Part shown: one piece after another, positions 26,288-39,740 of the stretch | Numbering within the stretch: position 1 is the stretch's first letter | How the letters are laid out: the number at the start of each line of letters is the position of its first letter | Origin: Moniliella sp. 'wahieum' | Lineage: Eukaryota | Length of the DNA stretch: 64,000 nucleotides | NCBI GenBank assembly: GCA_003971905.1 | Contig: RSEE01000124.1 | Span: 1-64,000, forward strand | Reading direction: 5' to 3' | The notes under the pieces: model-generated | What the model was told of the DNA's origin: nothing | The model's database searches: none | What the model saw: only the letters and a program-made list of their open reading frames with translations | Translations under genes and position numbers: made by a program

Positions 26288-26779
26288 GCCGAGTGGCGCT
26301 CCCTGGGGGGTGGGGGGGTACGCTGCCTTCGCTGGTCCACTTGTTCTGTTATCTTGTTTCCAGCAGCTAATAGCTACGATGGCTGTGTTTGTTCCTTGTT
26401 GTTAATTTGTTTTGGCTGAGGTCCTTGCGGCCTGAGGGCCTGAGGGTGGGGTGAGCGGGCCAGACCTCTTCCTATGTGCTATGTGACCGCCATCTCTACG
26501 CTCCCGTCGGCCAGCGACAAGAGGGCGGGGGGTACTCGTAGTGGGCAGCGCGTAGGACGCGAGGCGAGCCATGCACGGTGCCCTGCCATGGCCCATCAGC
26601 ACATCTGCGGGGCTCCTCCACGCTTCAATATCACACTCCTGTTTTTGAAATGTAGTCACCTGCCTCGCTGCCTCGATGTTCATTCATAGTTTCAACCGCC
26701 TGGGTTCGGTGCATCCAATTTTTTTGGCCGGCCTGTTTTCTTGGACGCCTTCGCTGTTCCCACCCCCCACACCACCGCC

Positions 26780-29700
26780 ATGGCCAAACCAGCGGCCACC
26801 GCGCCGCCCAAACCAGCGGCCAAGGGCTCGTCCAAGCGATCTCGTCCGATGCGTGGCAAAAAACGCTCCTCCGCCGCTGCCGCCCCCGCCGCTGCTGCCA
26901 AGGCCCCCCACAAGCCCCCTCACAAGGCCAAGTCCGTTCCAAACAAGCCACACAAGCCCGCTGCGCCCACCACGGCCGCTCAGCTGCTCGCTGGCCTCAC
27001 GTCCGGCGACTTTCCTCGTGGTGGCGGCTCCGTCTTGACGCCTGCTGAGTACCGCGACACGCTGCAGACCGCCCGTGCCGATGCGGCCGAGACGACAGTG
27101 GCAGCGGACGAGGCTGTCGTGTCGGGCGGCAAAAAACGCCGCCACCGTGCCCGTGACGGCGGCGACGACGATGAGGGTCCCTTCCACGAGGGCCGCTCGC
27201 GCAAGCGCAGGACCGAGGCTCCCCGTGATGGTGGCGCCCGGATCGAACATCTTAACTACAAAGTACGTCCCCACCCACGTTTTTTTTTCTAGTTTCCCCG
27301 TTGGCTCTACTTTTGTGCTGTGCGCTGACCTGGCTCCCCTGTGCAGCGCATTACCCCGGGCACCAAGTTGCTGGGCACCATCCTGGCTGTCCATCCCCTG
27401 GCCCTCATTATCTCTCTCCCGGACGGTCTTCTGGGCCATGTACCCATCACCAACATCAGTTCCCGCTTCACTGCCCACCTGCGCAACGCGACTGACGACA
27501 GCGACTCGGACGACGACTCAGAGTCGGAGTCAGAAGAGGAGGAGGAAGACGATGAGGAGGGGGGGGAAAAGACCGTATCCAATGCCCGCAAGAACAAAAT
27601 TACCCAACTGGGCCAACTGTTCCATCCAGGCCAAACGGTTTTGGTCGCGGTGGAGGCGAGCTATGCCCCAAACGATGTGCCAACACGCAAGAGCAGTGTC
27701 GCCACTGGCGCTGCCGGGCGGGAAGAGTACGACTTTGAAGCGCGCCGGGCTGTGCTGAGCCTCGACCCGGCCCTGGTCAATGCCGAGGTGGACGCGTCGG
27801 ATTTGCACGCGGGGCCTGTTGCCCGTTGCCATCTCGGCCAAGGAAGACAATGGCTGGGCAGTGGAGACAGGGGTGAAGGGCATCAAGGGATTCCTTCCGT
27901 TTGCTGGCACGGAAAAATGGGGTCCGGCCCCCGATTCGCTTCCGATCGGATCGGTCCACTTGGTTGCCATCCAATCCATCCAGGCGGGCTCGCTTGCTTT
28001 GGTTCGCCTTGGGCCCCACTCGGCCTTGACGGCCGCCACGATCAGCGCCAGCATGGCTCCCCGGATCGAGGGCCTTCTTCCCGGCACTCGAATTCGTACC
28101 TTGGTCGCTGGCACCTCGCCGGCAGGCATTGCAGTCAAGCTATGGGGTCTGTTTGATGCCACCGTCCCTGCCGTTCATCTGCCCAACAGCCCCGAGAGCT
28201 ACACCCCCGGCACGCACCTGGACGCGCGTGTGCTGGGTGCAGACGCCTCGGGCCCGAATCGATGTGTCGGGGGTGTCGCTGGGGGACGAAGAGGAGGACG
28301 CAGAGAAAGATGCCGAGGCGCCAGGCCAAGCCCAGGATCGTAAGATTGGCATGTCTGCCATCCCGCATGTGCTCCAGCTTGAGGCGCCTGCCGATCTGGC
28401 ACTGGCCTTGCCCGTCGGCGTCTTGGTCGACGCCACGGTCACGGCCATCAACCCGAGCTGGGGGATCACCCTCGCGCTTCGTCCTCAAGGCACCGGGACA
28501 GTGACGCCCGTACCGGGCTTTTCCCATATTTCCCATGTCGACGACCAGCATCTGGTCCGCTTGGACGAGAACAAGTACGGCGTTGGCTCGACCCATCTGG
28601 CGCGCGTCATTCGTCACGCGCTAACGGACCAGGTGGTGGAAGTTTCCCTCGCTCCGCGCGTCCTCGACAGAAAGTACTTGCGCGTCGCCGACATCCCCGT
28701 GGGCGTGGTGCTCAAGGGCACCGTTAAGAAGATCTCTGAAGACGCAATGTTTGTTGACTTTGACGGGCCAGTGGATGGGATTGTGTTCCCGATGCACTAT
28801 TCGGACGTGGCACTGAAAAAGCCCGAGCGCAAGTACCCCGTTGGGTCCAAGGTCACTGCCCGTGTCATCTTTGTCAATCCCACCCGCAACCGGGTCGTCT
28901 TGAGTCTGAAACGATCGATTGTGCGTGCCGAACTACCTATTCCGTCGAACCTCGATGAAGTGCGCCCTGGCGAGATTACGCTTGCCACCGTCAGCCGTAA
29001 GTTGGACAAGGGGGGGCTGCTCGTCGACTTTTTCCAGACCTTGCGCGCATTTGTACCGCGTACCGAGATTGCAGCAACCGCCACGCCCCCACGGTGCAGA
29101 TTGGCCAGACGGTACAGGTGCGCGTGATGCGGGTCGACGATGACCAACGCCGCATCGTCGCCTCCATTCGCCAAGCCTTGCCTTCCTACTTGGCCCAACA
29201 AGGTGCCTCGTCCGTACGGGATGGAACGCGGGTCGAGGGCACGGTGGGTCGGTGCAGAACGATGTGGCAACGCTTACGCTTCCCCTCACCCGGGCGCCAA
29301 GGCGGTCTTGTCGCTCAACGCGCTGGCCCAGGCTCGTTCGCGCGAGTCGGGTACGACGGTGACGGTGGAGCAGTTGGATGTGGAGCAGGGCTCCAAGCTG
29401 ACCGATTTGATCGTCACGGGGCGAAGCAAGGAGAAGGGTTGTTGATCGTCGTTCCCTCCTCAGATACCTCGGCCGTGGCAGCTCGGGCTCTGTCGGGGTT
29501 GGTGCCCGATATGATTCTGGAAGGCACGGTCACCGGCACAAGGAGCCCACGGCGGCTACCGTGTCTTTTGGGCCCGGCCGCTCCGGCCGGTTGCACTTGC
29601 TCGACTGTGTTGATCGGGACGGTTTGCAGGGCGCCAAGCTTCCCGAGGTGGGGAGTACGGTGCAGTGTGTGGTGCTGCGGACCAGCAAAAATGGCGGTAG

Positions 29701-31745
29701 GGCCGATGTGTCTTCTGCGCCCATGGCGCTGGCCGCCGCGCAGGCTACGCTGGCCACCGAGGTGCAGGATGGTGCTACGGGGGGGCGTACGAGGCGGTGA
29801 ACCGTGCGGTTCTTGACTCGGGGGCCGACGTGAAGGTTGGGGACAAGGTGGTCGGGGTAGTGCGAGGCATTGCGTCTCATGCCGGTCTGTTATCGACATT
29901 GCCCGCCACTTGACTGGACGGGCGCTCATCTCGCAACTGTTTGATACCTTTGTCCAAGAGTGGACGAGCAAGTTCGAGATTGGCCAGGTGGTCTCTCCCA
30001 CCGTGACCAAGATGACCGGCACTGGGGAAAATGTCAAGGTGGAGTTGAGTCTCAAGAGTGTGGCGCCTGTCCAGGCCGCTACCAAACGGGCTCCAACACT
30101 CCGTTTTGCGGATTTGGCCGTCGGTCAGGCCCGGCCCGGGTTCGTGCGCAACACGACCGACTTTGGCGTTTTTGTCCAACTGGAAGGATCCAACTTGGCA
30201 GGTCTGGCCCACAAGTCTGCCCTGGCCGACCCACCAACCAAGATCGAAGCTGCGCTCCAAGCTTACTCGGTCGGCGACCGTGTCGTGGCCAAGATTATCA
30301 AGCTAGACCCTGCTAACAAGAAGATCAGCCTGGGCCTCAAGCGCAGCTTGTTCACCACTGAGGAGCTCGACCAGCTCGTCAAGGACGCCGAGCCAGACGA
30401 GCAGCCGAGCGCCAAGGCGGGATCGAGCTCGGACGATGGCGAGGCGATGCCTTTGGTTCGGACGAGGAGTCGTCGGAGGATGAAGACAGCGACAGCGACA
30501 GCGGCAGCGAGGGGGACGACGAGTCGGACGATCTTCGGATGAACCAGTTTGATGGTGACTCGGACTCTGAGGAGGAGGATTCCGAGATGGACTCGGACGA
30601 GGAGATGGAGGTGGACGACGAGCCGGCTCCCAAGCATCAACTCGAACTGTCCGGTGGCTACAGCTGGTCGGGCAATGCAGCGGATGTGTCGGACTCGGAC
30701 GAGGCTGGGTCCGAGGAGGAATCGGATGAGTCGGACAACGAGGCAAGTGCCTCCAAGAAGAAGACGGCCAAGGCTCCTGTGCAGGATGTGACGGGGGCGC
30801 TAGCAACGAAGGCACCCGAGTCGGCTGCCGACTTTGAGCGCTTGCTGCTTGGTTCGCCTAACTCGTCGTTGCTTTGGATCCGCTTCATGTCCTTCTATCT
30901 CGCCATGGGTGATGTGGAACGTGCGCGAGCGGTGGCCGAGCGGGCGTTGACGATCATCAACTTCCGCGAGGAGACGGAGCGGCTGAACGTTTGGCTTGCG
31001 CGCTTGAACTTGGAAAATGCGTTTGGCGCAGAGGATGGGACGACGTTTGACGCTGCACTGGCTGAGGCGAGCAAGAACAACGATGCCAAGACGGTGGCAC
31101 TACGGGCCATTGACATGCTCAAGCGCTCGGGTAAGGTGGAGCGGGCTCTGGAGCTGTGGCAGCGGACGGCACGCAAGTTTAGCCAGTCGGCCAAGGTGTG
31201 GGTTGCCTACTACACCTTTCCTCGAGACGGATAATGCGTCCAAAGCGCGGGAGGTGGCCGCGCGCTGCTGCAGAGCCTGCCAAAACGAAAGCATGTCAAA
31301 GTTCTGTTGGGCTATGCTCTGACCGAGTACCGCACCCGGCCAGGGGGCGATACAGAGCGCGGGCGGGTGCTGTTTGAGGGCCTGGTGGATTCCCACCCAC
31401 AGCGGCTGGACGTATGGATGCAGTACCTGGACCAGGAGGAGAAGGTGGTGCGCACTGCTGGCGACGCCGAGGGCGGGGCGCAGCACGGTGCGCTCACTGT
31501 TCGAACGGCTGCTGGCACGCAAGCTGTCCAGCAAAAAGGCACGCTCGGTGCTGAAGAAATGGCTGTCGTTTGAGAAGAGGCACGGCACGGCCGCCGACCA
31601 GCAGGCGGTGCTGCAGCGGGCGCGCGACTTTGTCGCTGCCCAGCAGGCCAAGGCAGCTCCTGCCACCGAAGGGCCCGAGTCGCATTCGGACTCGGACTCG
31701 GACTCGGACTCGGCGACGAAGAGTAGAGGCAGGAACCTAGCATGA
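26780..31745 (+). CDS. RRP5: rRNA biogenesis protein Rrp5 (S1 repeats plus C-terminal HAT/TPR)
   Basis: DFPRGGGSVLTPAEY, RIEHLNYK|RITPGTKLLG..LIISLPDGLLGHVPITNIS, many S1 repeats, PESAADFERLLLGSPNSSLLWIRFMSF, ERLNVWLARLNLEN, ERGRVLFEGLV. Intron 27263-27346; multiple frameshifts. Confidence 0.95.
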
Positions 31746-33044
31746 ATTGTATTGGATTTGCAGACATCAAGGTGAACAGGTGGGAGAGACAGGAGAGACA
31801 AGACGAGGCTGCTGTGCCGGGGTGCTGTCGCCCACGTTCAACAAGACTCCATGTCTCCGCAACCTTCTGCCAGGGTGTTATTTAAGTCTGGCTCCAACGT
31901 CCTATCCCTTCCTACCCCAGAAGAGTGCCGGTTGGTTGCCGGGAACCGGTGAGGCCTACGGCCGGTGATGGCAATCTGATGTCGACGAGGCCGACAGGGG
32001 CAGCAGAGGACAGCAGAGGACGGCATGAGGACGGCGGTGGGGCGGGCGGGGTGAGACAGCTGATGCCCGTGGCGGGCGTGGATGCGGAAAAAGCAATTGC
32101 AAATGAAATTCCAACGGAACAACTCGCGACGCCTCGGGACAATCCGGCTGTGCTGCCGTGGCGGCTGCCGCGAACTCAGCACACGGCCAGAGTCTGAGCT
32201 GAGACCATCTGCGACCTGATAAGAGTTGAAATTGCTAAAAATCTGTTCCTCCGCCCAAGCCCAGCTGTCTTTCTCCGTAATCCTGCCATCTACCCCGCTC
32301 CGCCCGTCCCTGGACCACACTCGGTCCAGCTCTGAAAAAAGCAGCAGCTGTGGGATCTGAAGCTGGGAGCCGGCTGGGCTGGGCCTGGCGCAGCTGAGGA
32401 CGGCAAGAAGCAGGGGCTACCTGAGCGACTGCGCACACTGACCCTAAGCACGTAATGCAAAAGTGCCCTGAGGAGTGCCGGCCGCTTCCCATCAGATGGA
32501 CGAAAAGGGGTGGGCAAAGCAGGGCGGCCTTCCGCAGTGGAGCAAGAAGCTAGAGAGGTCACTAGGGTCACTAAAACACAGCCCACCTGGACCAGCCGAT
32601 CAAACGACAGGGGGATGGTACCGCGGGGCATCCAAGGCTTGCCGCTTACCCCTTACCCCTTACCGGCTAAGCGGCAGCGGTGAACGTTGAACACAGACAC
32701 ACTCAGGACAGTGCCGTGGAAGGCATGGCATCAGCAGTGTCTGGCTGGTCCGGCCGACCTCACGCACTAATGACTACGGGAACTACCCTTCTCCTCGAAT
32801 GCGCCTCCTAAAGATTATCGATTAGGATCCTTTCAGGCCCTCGGGCTGGTCCCTCGCTCTGGCCGAGTGTGTTGGTTAACCAGCCCAACCAGTGGCTGCG
32901 TCCGTCTGTGGTTTCGCCCGTTGTGAGCCTCGCCCTGAACGTTTCACCCGGCCGCCGCCGTACTGGATCCGTCGGATTTGCCAGATCTAGATCTAGTGGC
33001 AGCAGTCAATGAATTTCCGGCGCTGTTGGTCATTCCCGTTGGGC

Positions 33045-33052
33045 TATATAAA
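33045..33052 (+). promoter_or_regulatory. TATA box of the glutamate dehydrogenase gene
   Basis: TATATAAA about 90 nt upstream of the ATG, followed by a pyrimidine-rich leader. Confidence 0.65.
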
Positions 33053-33135
33053 GCTGCCTCCCCTCCTTGTCCCCCGCCCCCCCGCCCTCAGCACCTCTCA
33101 CCCCACCTCCTCTTCTCTCACTCCATCGCTGCACC

Positions 33136-34576
33136 ATGGTTGCCCCCAACGAGCCCGAGTTCCAGCAAGCCTACGACGAGCTTGTCTCCTGCCTCAAGGA
33201 CTCGACCCTCTTCCAAAAGCGCCCTGAACTCGAGCGCATCCTCAAGGTTGTCTCCATCCCCGAGCGCCTGATTCAGTTCCGTGTCGCCTGGGAGAACGAC
33301 AAGGGCGAGATTGAGGTCAACAATGGCTTCCGTGTCCAGTTCAACTCGGCTCTCGGGCCCTACAAGGGCGGTCTCCGCTTCCACCCGACTGTGACCTTGT
33401 CGGTGCTCAAGTTCCTCGGCTTTGAGCAGGTGCGTCTTTCTCTTTCCCTTGTAATCCGCCTGCCTTGATGACGTCCATTTGTACGGGGTTACTGATCGTT
33501 GCCTGTCTGAACTGCAGATCTTCAAGAATGCGCTTACTGGCCTCAACATGGGCGGCGGCAAGGGCGGTGCCGACTTTGACCCCAAGGGCCGCTCGCCTGC
33601 TGAGATTCGTCGTTTCTGCCAGGCCTTTATGAGTGAGCTTTGGCGCCACATTGGTGCTGACACGGATGTGCCCGCGGGCGACATCAATGTGGGCGGGACC
33701 GAGGTGGGCTACCTCTTTGGCCAGTACAAGAAGTTGGCCAACAAGTGGGAGGGCGTCTTGACTGGCAAGGGCCTCAGCTGGGGTGGCTCCCTCATCCGCC
33801 CCGAGGCCACTGGCTACGGTGTGATCTACTATGTGGAGAAGATGATCGAGACAGCTACGGGCGGCAAGGAGTCGTTCAAGGGCAAAAAGGTGCTTGTGTC
33901 GGGCAGTGGCAATGTGGCTCAGTACGCTGCGCTCAAGGCGATCGAGTTGGGGGCGACGGTGCTGTCACTGTCGGACTCGACCGGCTCGTACATTGCCAAG
34001 TCGGCCGACAAGGGCTTCACTGCCGAGGAGGTGCTCAAGGTGCAGCAGCTCAAGGCCCAGCGCAAGGGTCTCGTTGCGCTCGAGTCGGACCTGTCGAACT
34101 TTGTGTGGCATGAGGGCAAGCGGCCCTGGACCCTGGTGGAGAAGGTGGACATTGCGCTGCCCTGCGCGACGCAGAATGAGGTGAGCGGACCCGAGGCCGA
34201 GTACTTGGTCAAGGCCGGCTGCAAGTACATTGCCGAGGGCTCCAACATGGGCTCCACTGCCGAAGCGATTCACGTGTACGAGACCAACCGGTCCAAGGCC
34301 GGCATCTGGTACGGCCCGGGCAAGGCTGCCAACTCGGGCGGTGTGGCCGTGTCAGGCTTGGAGATGGCGCAGAACTCGCAGCGCGAGAGGTGGACGTCGG
34401 AGGAGGTGGACGCGCGTCTGAAGAACATCATGTCCGAGTGCTTTGACAAGTGCTACGCCACGTCGCAGGAGTACGCGCTGACCAAGGAGGAGCTTCCTTC
34501 CCTTGTCCGCGGCGCCAACCTGCACGGAGCCATCCTCGTCTTTGACGCTATGATTGCCCATGGTGACTTCTACTAA
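33136..34576 (+). CDS. GDH1: NADP-specific glutamate dehydrogenase
   Basis: [102 protein letters not shown]. Intron 33430-33517; reading frame intact. Confidence 0.98.
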
Positions 34577-34965
34577 GTGACTCGCCGTCATCATGCTGCC
34601 ATCCTTTGCACATTGTGCCTCCCCTTTCTTACCAGTCCTCTCTTTTGAGACTGACGATTGCTGAATATTATCATCTGTGTACATGTACTTTCATCCAGTC
34701 TTAGAATTTGGCTTTGGCAGAGCATTGAAGAACAATTCCCAGATGATGACGTGTTTCCTGCCTGAAGGGCAGTAGCCAAACTTGTCTATGATACACCACC
34801 AGTGACGTTTAACTTGCTAAACAATCTATGGCCGCGGTGGTCGGGAACATTCAAAGATGATCGATGAGGGTAAAACCAAGTTCCTCGCTGCCACAGGACA
34901 GGCCAAACAAGGGGGGCGAGCGATTGCGAATGCAGAAGATGAAACAGGGAATGACGTAAATAGAA

Positions 34966-37900
34966 TCAAGACAGATGGAACGACTTGCCACCTTCAACCA
35001 TGGCCTTGCGCAAACGCTGACCCATAACCCCCTTGGTAGAATAGTTGGGCAGTTTGAGGTAATTGACGCAGGTCATCACCGAAGGAAGGTAGTCGTCCGG
35101 CTGCAGTGGGGCCTCGTGCGGACGCCGTACCACCGTCAATGGGGGCTGCAACGCCTTGAACCCTCCAATGGGCAACTTGGGCGATCCCGTGAGCCACTGC
35201 AGGAAAAGGCGGCGCTCCTGAGCGTCAAAGGACGTCAGGAGCTGAAGCAAGTTCAGGTACGCTTCCGACTCGGAGGTGAATCCGTGGTCCGGTTTGACGT
35301 ACGTCGCCAGCGTCGCGTGCGACCAATCTTCCGGTGCGTTGCCAAACACTTCAACCAACTCGACCGGAGTGAAAGAAGCCAAAGCCTGGGGATCCATCAG
35401 TTTCTGGAAGCCCTGTCGGAAAGCAGCAACCAGGGGCGCAGTGCCACGACCAATCAAAACCTCCACCACCTCCGCCACATATGCCCTAACGTTCTCTCCC
35501 GTCACCGCCGTGTCTTTTCCACCCGGAACCAACTCGAGCGAATCGTACCCAGGCAACGTGAAATCGATCCCGAGTTGCTCCACCTCCGCCGGAGGGAGAG
35601 AAAGGAGCTGATTCAAAGAGGATGCCAACTTGGCGTCAATTTGGGCCACCGTCCGCACTGTCTTCGCCACGGGCCGACCAATGACGAGAGCCAGAAAGAC
35701 GGGGTTAAATTCGATGTGAATGATGCGAGAATCCAAGAGCGATTTCGCGACAAACGTGCCCAATGCTTGAAAAAACTGACTTGCTTGATCCCTGCCGGTG
35801 TTGTCTCCCCCCCAGTGGGAAGAGGAGAAGGGAACAGTCCTTGTGGCGCACGTACATATTCCTCGTCCCCGTCCCGCCCGCACCCAAGCCACATGGCCGT
35901 GTCGGTACGAGCAAAAGCGCGCGAAGCCAGCGAATAAAATTCCAATGTCGGGCCCAGACCCGTACCCACCTCGTCAAAGTATTCCACCTCCAGCATCGAG
36001 TCAGCCTTGGCGTACGACCCACAGATCTTGAGCACCGTATCGATCACTTTCTCCCGCCCAATCCGCACCTTTTGCCGGGGCAGGTGACCAATGTACCCAA
36101 ACGCCTCATCTCGTGCACGACTGACAGAGTCGCCCGAAGAACGAAGCAAGGTTTGCCAACGCGCAACCAGGCGGGTCGAGCCAAAGGCTGTGGCTTGTAA
36201 GTAAGCGAACGGGTAGCAAATGGAAACAGGAACGGATACGTCCGCGGCAGCTCTTGAGCCCACAGTGGAAGAATATGGCTCACCGACACCAGGGGCTCCT
36301 CGAGTTGCCGATTGAGTTTGGCTGTGAGCTTATTGTTGACAAAGAGCGACGTAAACTCCTGACTATTCGTCTCGGGCGTTTCAAGAGTGAATGCCTCGTA
36401 CAGCGCATGGAGTAGCGTCAAAGTCTTGCTCATCTCTGATTCGGGAGGGAAGACGTCTACTGCAGCGGGAGCATCGTCTGCACAAGTCAAGTCAGCGTTT
36501 GGTACCCCTCTCAAACCCCAAGTCTACTTACCCTTCGTTTGAGTACGATCGGGTTTGGGTGCAGGCCCGTTGACCTTGCGGAACGAGACGGGGTAAGGGG
36601 TGGACCAGAATGTGCGGTCCGGCTGCCATTCCGGGTTCTTCTCCTCTCCATGCGATAAACCACCCCAAAAACCGTCTCATCCAAGCCCACCTCTCGATCC
36701 CACCGAAAAGACAATGTGCCACTCGTCCGTGTTGAGTGATTGCTGCAGAGCGTCAGAATAGGACGTCGATCGTCTCCCCTCCGTTGGGCGAGAGCTGGAC
36801 CCGGAAGTAGAGGAACCTTCGCCGGAAGTAGACGGCTTGTCCTTGTCCACCCCAGTAGTCCGCTCCTCAGTCATTTCCTCCTGGGGTTCAGTGTCACCTT
36901 CGGCGGCGGCCTCGTCGTCGTCGGGCATGTCATCAAACGCGCCTCTCAACAACCCCTGCATCAAGGTACGAGCGGCCGCCTCACGACGTGCAGTCCCATC
37001 GTCGCCGTCGGACGGTGGCGAACCGAAAAGTGAGGTCCCCGGCGAAGCAGCTTGATCATTTAGTCTCGGTGGTGGTGCACCAGCTGCAGCAGCAAACGCC
37101 GCCAGGACCGACGACAGCCGACTTCCACCTGCACCATTAGCAACCGACTGTGCCACTTGGATCTTGGAACGGAGGAACTCGTCTAACTCGGATACGAGAG
37201 CAACAGCATGAATGCCGATCATCAGCGTCTGACACGATCGAGGGACGTTCGAATCAGACGAGACGAGTTTGAGCCGCATCTGTTTCGTTAAGGCCAAACC
37301 GGGCAATCGACGCATCTCCTCGTCCAACGCTCCCGACAGACTAACCACCTCGACCGATTCACTTCGGCTCACTGTTTCTTGAAGGCGTTGAACCAGTTTG
37401 CGTGCCCCGTCTGGGTGCCGAGCAACGGCTTGATCAAACAACTGCCTCCGTACAGTGGGAGGGAGAGGTGCATCCGTGTCGCCAAGAAGGACAAGCAGTC
37501 CATCAATCAGACCCGACTGGAGCAACTCCCATCCAGCCAGACCATCGTCCTCTGAAGTCACGGCCAGAAGGATCTCATCGAGCGCACGGCGAGCTTCCTC
37601 GGCGGAGGTGAGGCCACTCGTACGAATGTGATTCGCCAGAGCCTCTGCCCTAGGCAGGACGTTTGTGTCCGCCTGACGGGGGAAAGTGTAGAGCGCTTGG
37701 AAGATGCGAGTCCGCACAATGATCATGTCCTTCTGTTGAGCTGCAGTCAGATGCGATGCCCCCTTGGCATTGACCTTGGAGCGACGTTCCTCCTTAGGAA
37801 CGGAGTAGATCGGGCCCGGTTCACCTGACAGTTCTTGCTCAGCCAGCTGCTTGATTTCCCAGATGACGCCCTCCCGCTCCAGCACGCGTAAGTACTCTGC

Positions 37901-39468
37901 GCCCAACTTGACGACCAGGAGCTCGACAATCTGAAGGATCCCTGCACCAGCGCGGGTGCATCATCGGACGACAGCACGCCAGCCAAAAAGGCAGGGACAG
38001 CCACCGGAACCAAGAGCTGAGCCAACTGAGTCGGATTGGCAAAGCCAAAGATCCTCAGAATGGCTACAATCGCCTTGTGACGCACAGCGGGTGTGACAGA
38101 CGCAGCATGAATCTCCACCAGCGCCGGGAGCATAAGCTTGCAGAGCGCCAGGACGGGCTTGGCTTGTTGAGGATCCATCTCGGTTGGGGCGGCTTTGACT
38201 GCATTCAGCTTCGCCATTGAGGCAGCTTGATCTGCTGTCCGCTCGCCTGTTACGAGCTGCAACGCGCGCTCCGTGTAGTTGCGTCCATCAAACACCCCTG
38301 TCTTGGGATGATAGGGAAGTAACTCAATGGTCAAACTGAGTGCCTCTTGAAGTTGTTCCTTGGGCCGCGTGCTAAGGTTTTGCAGTAATGCCACCTTGCC
38401 TGTGCCTGTTGGTGGTGACACCGCGTCCACGTTGGGAGCACGGGATCCGGTAAGAATGGCATACAGTGCATCGCCTAGATTGCTTTCCAGCAGATGACGC
38501 GAAACGGCGGGGGAGGAACGGGTGGCATAGGTAAGAGCGCGAACCAAGTCGGTGACCATGGAACTAGGGATGGTAGCCACAGGAGCTGCAGAAGTAGGCC
38601 CATCAACATCCGGTGCTGGTGGTACAAGAACCTTCTCTAGAGCGACACACAGCTCAGGTGTAACCAATTGAGCCAGCATGGCGGGGAACGAGCGGTAGCT
38701 CTCGAGAATACGGACGATGGACTTGCATGTTTGCTCTTGAATACGCCTATCGCTGTTGCCGAGCATGTTGGACAAGAGAGGGATGGTGTCGCGGACATTG
38801 CCTACATCGCTTTCTTGGAGCTTGCGACAGCAGTTTGCAAATGTTGTCACCGCCGTCCGTTGGACGTGAAGGTTAAAGAAGTCGAGGTACATAAGGACAG
38901 CCATCAACCCACCGGCCTTGACGATTGAGGCAGGGTAGTCCACACTGATCTTTTCAAGTGTTTGCAGCACCTGTTCAGCCAGATCAATGACCTCAATCTC
39001 CAGTAGGCGGGAAACCATGGCTTCGACACCGCCAGATTGTACGACGACGCGAGCCGTCTGGGGCATGGCCTCAATCAGGTTGGCCAGGCACCGGCCGGCA
39101 AGCACCTGCCGCTCGGACTTGGACTCATTCCCAACTGCGCTCAGAATTGCAGCCACTTCAGGGTCTACTTCTTCCTGGGCAGAGTCTTCGTCGTCGTGCG
39201 CACCGGTGGGAGGCGTGCCACCTAAAATGCGGACAAACTCGCGAACAAAAGCGCGGGTGGGAAATTGACCAAGGAGCGAGTCCTCTTGACTGATGCTCAA
39301 GAGCCCAGCGAGCTCTTCGAGCGCATCAAGTTGTTCGGATGGTTCAGAGCCAGGTTTGATGGCGGACAAGAGTACCTTGAAGCGCTCGTTAAAGTTGGAG
39401 AAAAAGCTGGCCATGGCGCGGAGATCAATGCCGAGGTTAGCCCCGTCGGGATAGTAGCCATCGTCTCA

Positions 39469-39500
<32 letters not shown>

Positions 39501-39740
39501 ATCCTCGTCCCCCTCATCCTGGTCCTCATCCTCGTCCCCTAGGTCTTGAGGGTCCATACCATCGCCATCACCATCGTCGTCTAAAAGATCAGGGGCGATA
39601 CTGATACTAGGGTCATCAAGGACGGGGTAGTGGTCCGAGCCATGGCTGTCAGGAGCACCACTGGTAGATGCATGGGTTGCCGGTGCAGACGCATCGGGCA
39701 TGAGCTCGTCGCCGTCCGAGTCAAGCGTAGAAGACGGCAT
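34966..39740 (-). CDS. UFD4: HECT E3 ubiquitin ligase Ufd4/TRIP12 family (ARM repeats plus HECT)
   Basis: RCLANLIEAMP, IDLAEQVLQTLEKIS, YLDFFNLHVQRTAV, FVNNKLTAKLNRQLEEPL, LEVEYFDEVGTGLGPTLEFY, C-terminal YLPSVMTCVNYLKLPNYS..SFHLS*. Acidic N-terminus; several frameshifts. Confidence 0.95.

Noticed and set aside
32200..33040. GATA (AreA/Nit2) nitrogen-control sites upstream of GDH1
   Set aside because: Only a couple of GATA-like words (about 32218 and 32814), no more than chance would give.
5478..35937. Long antisense or alternative-frame ORFs (e.g. 5478-6554+, 12056-13327-, 34975-35937+)
   Set aside because: They shadow real genes on the opposite strand, are expected from GC-rich codon bias, and carry no recognisable motifs.
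39469..39540. (TCGTCC)n here and (GACTCG)n near 31690 as special repeats
   Set aside because: They encode Asp/Glu and Asp/Ser tracts in UFD4 and RRP5.
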